Shown here piece after piece: positions 20,286 to 29,625 of a stretch of 64,000 nucleotides of DNA. The notes beneath the pieces were generated by a model. It was given only the letters and a program-made list of their open reading frames with translations, had not been told where the DNA came from and did no database searches. The stretch comes from Candidatus Latescibacterota bacterium (GTDB taxonomy: Bacteria; Latescibacterota; UBA2968; GCA-2709665), in contig CBDDDZ010000003.1 in NCBI GenBank assembly GCA_965226795.1, forward strand, positions 1 to 64,000, written 5' to 3'. How positions within the stretch are numbered: the stretch's first letter is position 1; each line of letters starts with the position of its first letter. The position numbers and the translations under genes are program-made.

Positions 20286-20879
20286 TCACGACGTCAGCGA
20301 ATCCAGGTGTTCGAGGATCTCTTTCTGTTCGGCTAAATCAAACTGACTCGATCCGATGTACGCATATCTGACAATGCCGAGTTTATCAATGATAAACGTG
20401 GCCGGGCGGGCAATGCTGTTGTTTAGACCGTGGTCCGCCAGGCCAATCCACTTGTGTATAGAACGGCCGAGATTGCCGATTATGGACGTCGGGGGGCGGA
20501 CGATATAGTAAGCGATGTTGTGCATTGCCAGGGCGAATCAGTGACGTACCCCGTAACTCCTGATGACGCTCCAGTCTTCGTCCGCCAGAAGCGGAAAGGT
20601 GATCCCGTAGCGTTCGGCGTATTCGCTCATTTCGCAAAGCGGCTGCCCCGCGCCGACAGCTATAGCTGTCGCGTTACGGTCGGCGCAAGCGTCCAGATGT
20701 TCCTGTACAGTCGCCAACTGACGACGGCTTCGCCGTCACCAGGTCCCCCGAAAAAACGTCAGAACGACGTTCTCTTTTTCCCGATGCGATGCCAGCGACA
20801 CGTTTTGTTGCTGATGCGAGGGGAGGGTAAATAAAGGGGCGGCATCACCGACGTTGAGGACCTTGCTTTTTCGCGGCAT
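20286..20879 (-). CDS. AhpC/TSA (redoxin) family putative selenoprotein, Sec at codon 48 (TGA 20736-20738); second in-frame TGA at 20538-20540
   Basis: MPRKSKVLNVGDAAPLFTLP..VVLTFFRGTW-TGA-RRSRRQL matches FxRGxWCPxCxxQL; FPLLAD and RPATFIID downstream; SECIS-like hairpin 20710-20725. Confidence 0.75.
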
Positions 20880-20954
20880 AATGTGTTCTTTCTCGGTACT
20901 CAATCTGCGTTCCGCGTAACAATATACCGTTAGCTTGACTCAGGATCATCCGCT

Positions 20955-21713
20955 ATGGATAGCGAATTGTTGCAACGGGGGTTCGTCCCCGAGCCGCTGA
21001 CGCCCGCGCAATACAGCGCGCTGGACACCAACGGCTTCGTCATTCTGGAAGGCGTCATCGCGCCCGACTGGCTGGCCGGGTTGCGCCATGCCTTTGACGC
21101 GATCTTTGCCCGCGAGGACGACAAAGCCGGTGCTGAAGTCGCCCAGATGGAGGGCGTGCGCCGCCTCGCCGATCTGGTCAACAAGGGGACGGTCTTCGAC
21201 GCTGTGTACCTGCAGCCGGCGCTGCTGACGGCGGTCTTTCACGTCTTGCAGCGGCCGTTTAAGCTGCACTCGCTCAACGGGCACGATCCACTACCCGGCA
21301 GCGGGTTACAGGGCCTGCACGCGGATTGGGGGCAGCCCACCGTGCCCGGTGGACCGTACCACGTCGTCAACTCGATGTGGATGCTCGACGATTTCACCCG
21401 GGTCAACGGCGCGACCCGCTGCGTCCCCGGCAGCCACCGCAAACCCGGCAGGATCGCCGACCACGTAGCCGATCCCCTGGCCGATCATCCGGATCAAGTA
21501 CAACTAACTGGACGCGCCGGCTCGGTCGCCGTATTCAACGGCAGCCTCTTGCACAGCTCGTATCGCAACCTCAGCGACGCCCCCCGCCGCACCCTGCACT
21601 GCGCCTTTATCGCCCGCGAGCACCCGCAGCAGACGAACCAGCGCGAGTACTTGCGGCCCGCAACCGCCCAACGGCTCTCGCCCCTGGCGCGCTATATCCT
21701 CGACGTGGAGTGA
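20955..21713 (+). CDS. Phytanoyl-CoA dioxygenase (PhyH) family protein
   Basis: NGFVILEGV, LHADW, LDDFTRVNGATRCVPGSH, GSLLHSS..N..R. Confidence 0.9.
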   Translation: MDSELLQRGFVPEPLTPAQYSALDTNGFVILEGVIAPDWLAGLRHAFDAIFAREDDKAGAEVAQMEGVRRLADLVNKGTVFDAVYLQPALLTAVFHVLQRPFKLHSLNGHDPLPGSGLQGLHADWGQPTVPGGPYHVVNSMWMLDDFTRVNGATRCVPGSHRKPGRIADHVADPLADHPDQVQLTGRAGSVAVFNGSLLHSSYRNLSDAPRRTLHCAFIAREHPQQTNQREYLRPATAQRLSPLARYILDVE

Positions 21714-21769
21714 ACCTGGAGGTACTTCTCATACTGCTTTTCTTTAAGATGATCCGCCGCGTATCTATA

Positions 21770-21872
21770 GGAAAAATAAGGCACCGATATCAATACTATG
21801 CGATTCGCTGAAAACGTACGCAAGGGTCCGGCAGCGGCCCTGTTGAATCGCATGTCGCCGCACAGACTCGCT
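21770..21872 (-). promoter_or_regulatory. Copy B of the dispersed promoter/operator-like repeat
   Basis: Minus strand TTGCGT(21823-21818)-17bp-CATAGT(21800-21795); about 100 bp similar to copy C. Confidence 0.5.
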
Positions 21873-21994
21873 TCGCCATCATGTTCGACGATCGCGTCCC
21901 TTTTCATTGATCCACGAACACCAATTACACGATATTCTTGACACCCCCGGCCAGAGACCGTTCTTGAAACTGCCTCAGATTCGCTGCCGACGCC

Positions 21995-22255
21995 TTAATG
22001 AACCGCCTCGAGATACTCGACGAAGGTGCGGACCGCCTGCCGGTCGCTGAAATCGCAGGCATAGCCTGTGAAACTCTTGCCGCGCTCGGAAATGTCCCGC
22101 CCGACCTCGGAGTCTGCTTCCAGCGAGGCGCTGACGCCGACGATATTTGCTCCGGCCTCGGCCAATGCTTGCGCGAACCCGCGCCCGATACCTCAACGAC
22201 ATCCGGTGACCAGCGCCGTTTGGCCGTCGAGCTTAAAAAAAACCAAAATCCCCAT
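21995..22255 (-). pseudogene. Truncated short-chain dehydrogenase (KduD/gluconate 5-dehydrogenase-like)
   Basis: MGILVFFKLDGQTALVTGCR*GIGRGFAQALAEAGANIV..CDFSDR: TGxxxGIG motif with a probable CGA>TGA nonsense change; ends after about 86 codons. Confidence 0.75.
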
Positions 22256-22256
22256 G

Positions 22257-22631
22257 CTATTCCCCTTGGTTCTGTCCTTGAAGAACGGTCAGTGCATCCC
22301 ACGTCGCCGGAAATCCGCCGAAAGCGCTCATCTGCAACATGACCTCCTCAATCTCCTGCCTTGTGGATCCGCAACCAAGGGCTCGGTCGATGTGAACAGC
22401 AAGTTGTTCCGGCCTGCCGAGAACCGTCAAGGCCGCGATCGTGCACAGCAGACGGGTCTTGATGTCCAGCCCGTCCCGTCCGTACAGGTCATGCATCACG
22501 TGCTCCATCACGAGTCGCTCGAACTCGGGATGAAGTGTGCGCATCTTCTTGGCAGAGGCCTCTGCAGCGGCCTCTCCGAGCATCGTCGAGAGAACTCTGC
22601 GCCCTGCTTCGTAGCGTTCACTTTCAGTCAT
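22257..22631 (-). CDS. Carboxymuconolactone decarboxylase family protein
   Basis: RYEAGRRVL..LYGRDGLDIKTRLLCTIAAL..QLAVHIDRAL..EVMLQMSAFGGFP. Confidence 0.9.
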   Translation of the reverse strand: MTESERYEAGRRVLSTMLGEAAAEASAKKMRTLHPEFERLVMEHVMHDLYGRDGLDIKTRLLCTIAALTVLGRPEQLAVHIDRALGCGSTRQEIEEVMLQMSAFGGFPATWDALTVLQGQNQGE

Positions 22632-22697
22632 ACATCCTCCGCCCTTGGGTGTCGATTAAAATTTTGACCGTGCTGTCGCCGCAGTAGCAGGCCGCCT

Positions 22698-22850
22698 TCA
22701 TCGCAGGTGCCAGTCTGCGTCTTCAAGCGCCTCGTAGACCACGCCGCCCCCCACCTGCTCGGACATGGGGATGCCGAGCAAGTAGCACAACGCCGGCGCG
22801 ACATCCACCGCCCGCACCTGCCGACTGAGCGCCAGCAGCCCCTCAGCTCG
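22698..22850 (-). pseudogene. C-terminal fragment of an alkaline phosphatase/nucleotide pyrophosphatase family gene
   Basis: QVRAVDVAPALCYLLGIPMSEQVGGGVVYEALED resembles the family C-terminal DvAPT..lLGi..G motif. Confidence 0.55.
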
Positions 22851-22889
22851 ATTCAGCCACGGTATCCACTTGGATGTACCCCGGATCGT

Positions 22890-24305
22890 TCATACAAACA
22901 GCTCTTGTACCAGCGTCCGAGCCCGCTCGACCACGGTTTCAAGGCAGCCGGGGGCGAGTTTTGCCCAGTAGGTAACGTCTTCGTTGGCCTCGTGTCCGCC
23001 ACGGGCGTAGGCCGCCCGCGTCGGCAGGTAGCCGACATAGTGCGTCGTGAGGTGCGCTGGAAAGAGAAACGGTGCCGCTGAGTTCGTTTTGAGTGCGAGT
23101 TGTCCTTCGACAAAAGGTTCTCCAGGCAGGCCGATAACGCCGAGGTCGCCGATGCGGAAACCCTGGATTTCATAGGGGAACTCGGCGTCCCGCTGCCGGC
23201 ATAGTTCGACGCTGCGGGTCGATGCGGCCCGAAACCAGTGCCGATCCACTTCGCTGTTTGCCTGGCGCGGCGGATGTGGATTCTCAGTGAGAATCGCATT
23301 GACCTCGCGCAAGCGCTCGGCCGGAATCTCGCGGAAGGGCAGGCCGACCTTGTCGACTCTACAAGCCAACGCAGCGTTGTTGGCAAACGCCATATTGTGA
23401 ACAATTCGTTCGCTCATCTGCGCCAATTCGCGCCCCATTCGCTGGTGATCCGGTCGGCAATCCGGGTCGAAAGGATGCCAGGGGTTGATGTTGCCGCAAC
23501 AGCCGTTGACGACCAACGGCACTGCGTCGGAGCCGAATAGCTGTTGCATCTCCCGCGTCCAGGCACCAGGCCAATCCGCCGACACCGCCCGGTAGGACTT
23601 GGGATTTCCGAACACATTGACCGGATGACAGGTGTAGTGCAGGAGAAAGGCCAGCGGCCGCATATCCATATCCTGGACGCAGCACACGCCAACTTCCGGG
23701 TCCATCGGCCCTTCGAGATAGCAGATGTCCGCGATCCCGAACGGCTGTTGTTCCCGGCCCAGCGGCTTGGGCATGGCGATGGTGCCGTCCCGGCGTATGC
23801 CGCGGCGATTGAAAGCCAGATCCCCCAACACGCCACGCCCCAAACCGATGCGCACGGGTTGCAGCTTGCCCACCGCTTCGACCGCGGCCTCCACTGCGGC
23901 GGCAGCAACCCGGTCCCCGTAGGCGCGCTCGCCTCCGCGCAGATACTCCGTCTCCTCGTTGGTCTCCAGAGGGAAATCCGCATCCAGCATAAAGTAGCCG
24001 AGGCTCGGGGCGGAGTGCGTCTGGGTCGCCTGGACCATGATCGCCTCCGGTGCGATGCCCGTATGCTCGCCAATAACGGCGCGGATCTGGTCCGTGTAGT
24101 CCCAGGTGACAATGGTGAGATCCAGGATCACCATGCAGACGCGCCGCTGGCCGACTTCAAAGACGATGGCCTTGACAAAGAGCGGATCCATCACGGTTTG
24201 GGCCGGGCGGTGCTCGCCAGCCCCGCTTCCCGCCAGATGCGTCCCCGGCGGTGGCGTGATGTCAATCATCGCCGCTCCGGCTCTCAGTAGGTTGGTCTCG
24301 TGCAT
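22890..24305 (-). CDS. Neutral/alkaline ceramidase-like hydrolase
   Basis: GAAMIDITPP, DPLFVKA, ATQTHSAP, FNRR, YTCHP, SADWPG, GCCGN, GLPGEPF, GYLP. Confidence 0.85.
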   Translation of the reverse strand: MHETNLLRAGAAMIDITPPPGTHLAGSGAGEHRPAQTVMDPLFVKAIVFEVGQRRVCMVILDLTIVTWDYTDQIRAVIGEHTGIAPEAIMVQATQTHSAPSLGYFMLDADFPLETNEETEYLRGGERAYGDRVAAAAVEAAVEAVGKLQPVRIGLGRGVLGDLAFNRRGIRRDGTIAMPKPLGREQQPFGIADICYLEGPMDPEVGVCCVQDMDMRPLAFLLHYTCHPVNVFGNPKSYRAVSADWPGAWTREMQQLFGSDAVPLVVNGCCGNINPWHPFDPDCRPDHQRMGRELAQMSERIVHNMAFANNAALACRVDKVGLPFREIPAERLREVNAILTENPHPPRQANSEVDRHWFRAASTRSVELCRQRDAEFPYEIQGFRIGDLGVIGLPGEPFVEGQLALKTNSAAPFLFPAHLTTHYVGYLPTRAAYARGGHEANEDVTYWAKLAPGCLETVVERARTLVQELFV

Positions 24306-24454
24306 GATTTTTCCTTTCGACGCCAAGGGCGTTGAAGCGCAAAAGAGGCTCGGCGTCGGTCAGCGCCCCTGATGCATAGGCAGGATAAACGGAATTTTGG
24401 CTGATTTGGAAAGGATCCAGGTCGTCACGCGAACGTGTGCGTTGTTCGGCCTGA

Positions 24455-24556
24455 GGAAAAATAAGGTACCGATATCGGTAATATGCAATTCGCCGAAAAC
24501 GTACGCAAGGATCCAGCAGGGTCCCTCATGAATCGCTTGTCGTCCCACAGAATCGT
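24455..24556 (-). promoter_or_regulatory. Copy C of the dispersed promoter/operator-like repeat, with a perfect 14-bp palindrome
   Basis: Minus strand TTGCGT(24508-24503)-17bp-CATATT(24485-24480); TACCGATATCGGTA at 24467-24480; points at the ceramidase-like gene. Confidence 0.55.
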
Positions 24557-24967
24557 CCGGGAATGCTCAGAGTACCGCGGTAAAGGATTTTGTCGCGTTT
24601 CAGGGATCGGCCTGGCACTTGAGGGCGCACTCCTCCGTACGGCTCACGCAGGGAGCGAATCGCGTAGGAGGTCAGGCGGCGAACTCGAACTGCGGCGGAG
24701 GGGGTAGGAGACGATGCAATATTGGCAAAACGGAGGGAGCAGCTCGTTCTTCCTTCACCGTACTTCCAACGGGGCTATGGGTTGCTATACACCCAGCACA
24801 TTGAGCAGGCGCACTTGGGCTTTGATTTTGATTTCCTTTAGTTATACCTTTACTGTCAAATTATTGAAGGAGAAATGCAGATGCGAACAGGCGGATATCG
24901 AGCGTACGTTGGCGGCCCTCTTGGAGGAGTGGGTGGAGGCAGAGGAAGCCATGGATAATGGAGACCC

Positions 24968-25354
24968 ATGAAACGCAAAAACATAGCTACCAGCAGCCCG
25001 TTTGGCGCGGAGTTTGGTTATTCGCGCGCCGTGCGCGTGGACCGGCACGTCCACGTCGCTGGCACGTGCGCCCAGCCGCCGCAGGACCAGGGCGATGCCT
25101 ACGAGCAGGCCATGGGCGCATTGCAGATCATCGACAAGGCGCTCGTCAAAACCGGTGCCAGCCTCGGCGACGTGGTGCGGACGGTCGTGTACATCACGGA
25201 TACGGCTCATGCCGCTGGCGTCACCTGCGCTCACCACGAGGTGTTTGGCGAGATTTTGCCGGCTTCGACCTTGGTCGTCATAGCCGCGCTGCTAAAGCCG
25301 CATCTGGTCGTCGAGATCGAATCCTACGCCATTTTGCCCACCGAAAGTGCGTGA
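24968..25354 (+). CDS. RidA (YjgF/YER057c/UK114) family protein
   Basis: GYSRAVRV..VAGT..GASLGDVVRT..HHEVFGEILPAST..VEIE. Confidence 0.9.
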   Translation: MKRKNIATSSPFGAEFGYSRAVRVDRHVHVAGTCAQPPQDQGDAYEQAMGALQIIDKALVKTGASLGDVVRTVVYITDTAHAAGVTCAHHEVFGEILPASTLVVIAALLKPHLVVEIESYAILPTESA

Positions 25355-25815
25355 ACAAAGACCGCCAAGTCCTGTCTATTGGCGTGTTGGGCTGCGGCCC
25401 CATCGCCCAATTCGCCCACTTTGAGTCGTGCATCAAGGCCCGCAATATGCGGCTGTACGCGCTGTGCGACCAGGCGCCGGACTTGGTCGAGCGCATGGAC
25501 TACCAAGAGGGCTTTCACATCTACGGAGAACACGGCAGCGTCGTCGGCAAAACCTATTTGCCGTGGTTTTTGAAATCCAGCGATGTCGAGTGCTTCTCCA
25601 CGCGAGACGGTCAGTACCATCGGCCTTTAGGAGCCGACGCGCATTTCTACCGACTCCAGCTCGAAGGTTTTGCCGATGTCGTTCTCCACGGCGCGCCCCA
25701 AATGGGGGCCGATGTGGAGGATGGAACTCTAGCTATGCGGGCGATGGCCGCCATTGTCCGCTCGGTCGCAAGCGGCGATTGGGTCCGCTTGGAGACCGTC
25801 ACCGGCGGCGTCTAA
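25351..25815 (+). pseudogene. Gfo/Idh/MocA oxidoreductase with an in-frame internal deletion
   Basis: N-terminal IGVLGCGPIA..LYALCD..ERM is joined directly to C-terminal DYQEGFHIYGE..QLEGFAD..AIVRS; the central EKP region is missing. Confidence 0.75.
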
Positions 25816-25827
25816 CACAGGGGATCA

Positions 25828-27372
25828 ATGCCCATGTCCTCGGCTGGCCCTCGCTTATGGCCTCTCTATTTGCTCGGAGGAGGCGTCGTCCTGGCGCTCC
25901 TGTTGATCTGGTTGCCCGAAGCCCCCCATCGCCAGCAACAGGTCATGCGCACCATGGCCGCCTTCATTCTCGCGATTTTCTTTGCTTTGCTCTGGTTGCT
26001 CTTCGCGTCGCGGCTGGCCTGGGGACAACGCCTGCGCTATTTCGGCGGTATCGTCCTCGTCATTGCGCTTGGTATCGGGTTTTTTCGCGTTGAGGGTATG
26101 AGCGGCGACTTCGCACCGATCCTCGAATGGCGTTGGAGTACTGAGGACGAAGCAGGCGCTGTCGAAGGAGGGGACGCCACCGCGCTCGACGCCCGCGATT
26201 GGCCGCAATTTCTCGGCCCCGAGCGCAACAACCGCCTCCGCGGCGTTCACCTCGAACGCGACTGGACCAAGCACCCGCCGCGCGAAATCTGGCGTCGCCC
26301 CGTCGGCGCAGCTTGGTCTTCCTTTGCCATTGTCGGCGGCCGGGCCGTAACCCAGGAGCAACACGGCCCCGAGGAGCAGGTCGTCTGCTACGACTTGGCA
26401 ACGGGCCGCAAGCTCTGGCAACACGCCGACTCGACTCGCTACGAGACCGCCATTGCCGGCATCGGCCCGCGCGCTACGCCCACCATCGCTGGAGACCGGG
26501 TTTTCACGCTGGGCGCTACTGGCATCCTCAACTGCCTGGATCTGGCCAGCGGGGCGCTGTTTTGGTCGCGGGACATTCTCGCCGACAATCAGGCTAAGGC
26601 CCATATATGGGGCATTAGCTGTTCGCCGTTGGTCCTCGACACCTTGGTCGTGGTCAGTGCCGGAGGCCCGGATGAGCGCTCGCTAGTGGCCTATCACCGC
26701 CAAAACGGCGCATTTGTCTGGGGCGGGGGCACAGACAAGGCCGGCTTCAGCTCGCCGCGTCTGGTCACGTTGGCTGGACGCGAGCAGATCCTGATCTTCA
26801 ACAACCACAGCGTTGTCGCGCACGATCCGCAGAGCGGAGCTCCCCTCTGGCGTCAGCCTTGGGATCGGGCCGAATGCATTGCCAATCCCCTGCCCTTGCC
26901 CGGGGACCGGGTTCTGGTCTCCACCGGCTATGGCATTGGAGCCAAGCTGTATCAAGTGAATGCCGCGCCCAACGGCGAGTTGACGACCGATATCGTCTGG
27001 AAAAGCCCCCGGATCAAGGCCAAATTTGCCAACATGGTCTATCGCGATGGTTTTGTCTATGGCCTCGACGACGGGGTGCTGGTCTGCCTCGACCCGCAAG
27101 ACGGCAAGCGTCGCTGGAAGCGCGGGCGCTACGGCCACGGCCAGCTCATCCTGATAGACGATATCCTGCTGATAATGAGCGAATCGGGTGACGTGTTACT
27201 GGTCGAGGCTCGCCCCGACCGCCACGTAGAACTAGCGCGCATGACGGCCTTCGACGGCAAAACTTGGAATCCCCCGGCCTTTGCCACACCCTATCTGTTA
27301 GTGCGCACGGACAGCGAGGCCGCCTGCTACGAGCTGGCGCTTGCAAACGGTGCTCAGGCGCAGCGCTTCTAA
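25828..27372 (+). CDS. Membrane-anchored PQQ-like beta-propeller repeat protein
   Basis: Three N-terminal TM segments; DWPQFLGPERN, GPRATP, repeated ATG/ASG..LW blades, KTWNPP. Confidence 0.9.
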   Translation: MPMSSAGPRLWPLYLLGGGVVLALLLIWLPEAPHRQQQVMRTMAAFILAIFFALLWLLFASRLAWGQRLRYFGGIVLVIALGIGFFRVEGMSGDFAPILEWRWSTEDEAGAVEGGDATALDARDWPQFLGPERNNRLRGVHLERDWTKHPPREIWRRPVGAAWSSFAIVGGRAVTQEQHGPEEQVVCYDLATGRKLWQHADSTRYETAIAGIGPRATPTIAGDRVFTLGATGILNCLDLASGALFWSRDILADNQAKAHIWGISCSPLVLDTLVVVSAGGPDERSLVAYHRQNGAFVWGGGTDKAGFSSPRLVTLAGREQILIFNNHSVVAHDPQSGAPLWRQPWDRAECIANPLPLPGDRVLVSTGYGIGAKLYQVNAAPNGELTTDIVWKSPRIKAKFANMVYRDGFVYGLDDGVLVCLDPQDGKRRWKRGRYGHGQLILIDDILLIMSESGDVLLVEARPDRHVELARMTAFDGKTWNPPAFATPYLLVRTDSEAACYELALANGAQAQRF

Positions 27373-27444
27373 CAGGGCCATGGATTTTCCCGCTACCCCG
27401 CCAATCGCGACTCTAATAACCGGGCACTTGTATGGAGGAAAATC

Positions 27445-27740
27445 ATGGCAGACTATTCGCACATTCAAAAGCCGGACTTGGGCTACCGCCATGAGTCCGG
27501 CCCGGGTGCTTGGGAGGTGCTCGACTACGAGCCCTTCATGGATATCAACCGGCACCTGATTGCCACCGACGAGTTGACGATCCACCGCTCGGCTGCCATC
27601 ATCCGCCGGACCGGTTCGGCTCCCGTAGGGTGGCACACCGATTGGCGCGGCTATTCGACCGAAATCAAGCACTCGGGCGACGTCCTCAATCGCGGACTGT
27701 GGCCGTCGGGCAAGTGGTTCTACCTGACCGGTTCGCGGCG
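27445..27740 (+). pseudogene. PhyH family fragment
   Basis: GWHTDW and KWFYLTG present; breaks off before the PGSH region and runs into the opposite-strand gene. Confidence 0.6.
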
Positions 27741-27761
27741 ACGAAATTACTCATTCGGACC

Positions 27762-28487
27762 TCACTGCGTCAGCGAATTCAAGTGTTCGAGAATTTCTTC
27801 CTGTTCGGCCAAATCAAACTGATTCGAGCCGATGTACATATATCTGATAGTGCCGAAGCTATCAATGATAAACGTCGCCGGGCGGGCAATGCTGTTGCTG
27901 AGATTGTGATCCGCCAGGCCGATCCAGTTGTGTAAAGGATAGCCGAAATTGTCGATGATGAACGTCGCGGGGCGGACGATGTTGTAAGCGAGGTTGTGCA
28001 TCGCCAGGCCGAACCAGTGATATACCCCATAACTCTTGATGATGCTCCAGTCTTCATCCGCCAAAAGAGGATAGGTGATGCCACTGCGTTCGGCGTATTC
28101 GCGCAGTTCGCAAAGCTGCTGCCCTGCGGCGATGGCAATAGATGTCGCGTTACGTTCGGCGTACGCGTCTGTATGTTCTTGCACTGTCGCCAACTGACGA
28201 CGGCTTCTCCTTCACCAGGTCCCCCGAAAAAACGTCAGAACGACGTGTTCCTTTTCCCGATGCGATGCCAGCGACACGTATTGTTTCTGATGCGAGGGGA
28301 GGGTAAATAAGGGGGCCGTATCGCCGACGCTGAGGACCCGAAGCTTGTACCGCGCAGTGAACCGCCGGCGCTTCGCCTTCTCTGACACTTCCGGGTCAGG
28401 GCGGGGCGCCTCGGTAGCAGTCCCTTCGCTCCGCTCCGGGACTGCTACCGACACCTGCTCCTGTCGGCCGTTGTCCATACTCATCAT
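27762..28487 (-). CDS. Second AhpC/TSA putative selenoprotein (TGA 28212-28214), N-terminus replaced in frame by an IS3 OrfA fragment
   Basis: ORFs 28212..28487 and 27762..28193 are in one frame separated by TGA in FFRGTW-U-RRSRRQL; same downstream hairpin as copy 1. Confidence 0.75.
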
Positions 28488-28558
28488 CTCTTGCTCTCCT
28501 CTCTGCCCTCAAGACTACACTAAACTTGGATGGTGAGTTGTCTCACTCTATATTGGCA
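28335..28558 (-). mobile_element. IS3-family left-end remnant (terminal IR plus 5' orfA)
   Basis: PDPEVSEKAKRRRFTARYKLRVL is typical IS3 OrfA; minus-strand TGCCAATATAGAGTGAGACA from 28558 is an IR-like end starting with TG. Confidence 0.65.
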
Positions 28559-28644
28559 CGTAGGGATATAATATTTACATTTGACAAACGATCTCCAAAA
28601 GGCTATATCATAAGTAGGAAGTTAGCCAACAAAAGGGATCGGAA

Positions 28645-29265
28645 ATGGAACAGAAAAAGACGACATACAAGCCGATTAAGGATATGAGTATTTTCCAATT
28701 TAGCAAGCGGTTTCCGAATGAAGCTGTTGCCATATCTTATGTCGAAAACCTGCGATGGAAAGATGGGATTTACTGTCCGCATTGTGGGGTTATCGGCAAT
28801 GTTCAGAAAACGAAAAACGGCAAGCCGCAACCTTATCGCTGTCGAGAATGCCGCAAGCATTTTTCAGTAAGGACCGGAACGATCATGGCGCAGTCCAACC
28901 TGCGATTGACAACGTTTCTCAATGCTATCTATCTTATCATCACACATCGCAAGGGTGTGCCGAGCACTATGCTTGCCAGGGAGTTGGGTGTTACGCAAAA
29001 GACAGCATGGCATCTGGCCCACAGAATTCGTAAAGCGTTGGAGATGAAGGGCGGTTTGTTCTCCGGACCGGTAGAGGTTGACGAAACCTATATTGGCGGC
29101 AAGGAACGGAACAAACATTCTTCCAAGAAGTTGCATGCTGGCCGTGGTACTGTTGGCAAGACTGCGGTTGTGGCAGTGCGAGATCGTGAAGATGGTAAGG
29201 TTAAAGCCAGGCTGGTACAGGGAACGGATAAAAGGAAGTGGACCCCATCGTCAAGACCAATTTGA
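28645..29265 (+). mobile_element. IS1595-family transposase, 3' truncated
   Basis: CPHC..CREC zinc ribbon, FSVRTGT, HTH (LARELGVTQKTAW), VEVDETYIGG; the TD/E catalytic part is absent. Confidence 0.9.
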
Positions 29266-29406
29266 GGCGAATTTAAGGTGGATATGTTTTTGGTTTTCGA
29301 TAGGGTTCTTCTTTGCGGCCCGTGCAACCGGCTGAAGAGCAATGTGTATACGCTTTCAGGGTTAAGGCGGGAGAACAAGAAGCGGAGATATTTGTACAAC
29401 GGATAA
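29235..29406 (+). pseudogene. Degenerate HNH endonuclease C-terminal fragment
   Basis: EVDPIV..GG followed (frameshifted) by DRVLLCGPCNRLKSN, matching the HNH pattern vDHi..GG..N..LLC..CN..K. Confidence 0.6.
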
Positions 29407-29418
29407 AGGGGGTACAAG

Positions 29419-29625
29419 ATGGGTGCTGTTACCGTTGTGATGGGTTTGATTAATCGAGTAGTAAAAGGGGAGCGTCCTGAGGTTGTCGTTCGAGAGGCGG
29501 AGGAAGATCCCTTTCTGGCCCGATCTCTTCAGATTGATGAGGATATTCGTACCGGGCGGAACCGTCCGTTATCACCGGAGGAACAGCGCCAGTTTATTGA
29601 ACGAGTAAGAAGGGGCGGGAAGTGA
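29419..29625 (+). CDS. Small protein, probable antitoxin
   Basis: 68 aa, GTGA overlap with the downstream RelE-like ORF; ends DEDIRTGRNRPLSPEE. Confidence 0.55.
   Translation: MGAVTVVMGLINRVVKGERPEVVVREAEEDPFLARSLQIDEDIRTGRNRPLSPEEQRQFIERVRRGGK

Noticed and set aside
22193..22195. In-frame TGA in the SDR gene as selenocysteine
   Set aside because: It falls at a non-Cys position of TGxxxGIG (likely CGA>TGA), has no C-AGUU hairpin, and the gene is truncated.
24714..24971. 85-aa ORF with a possible small DNA-binding C-terminus
   Set aside because: N-terminal half looks non-coding and no motif is certain.
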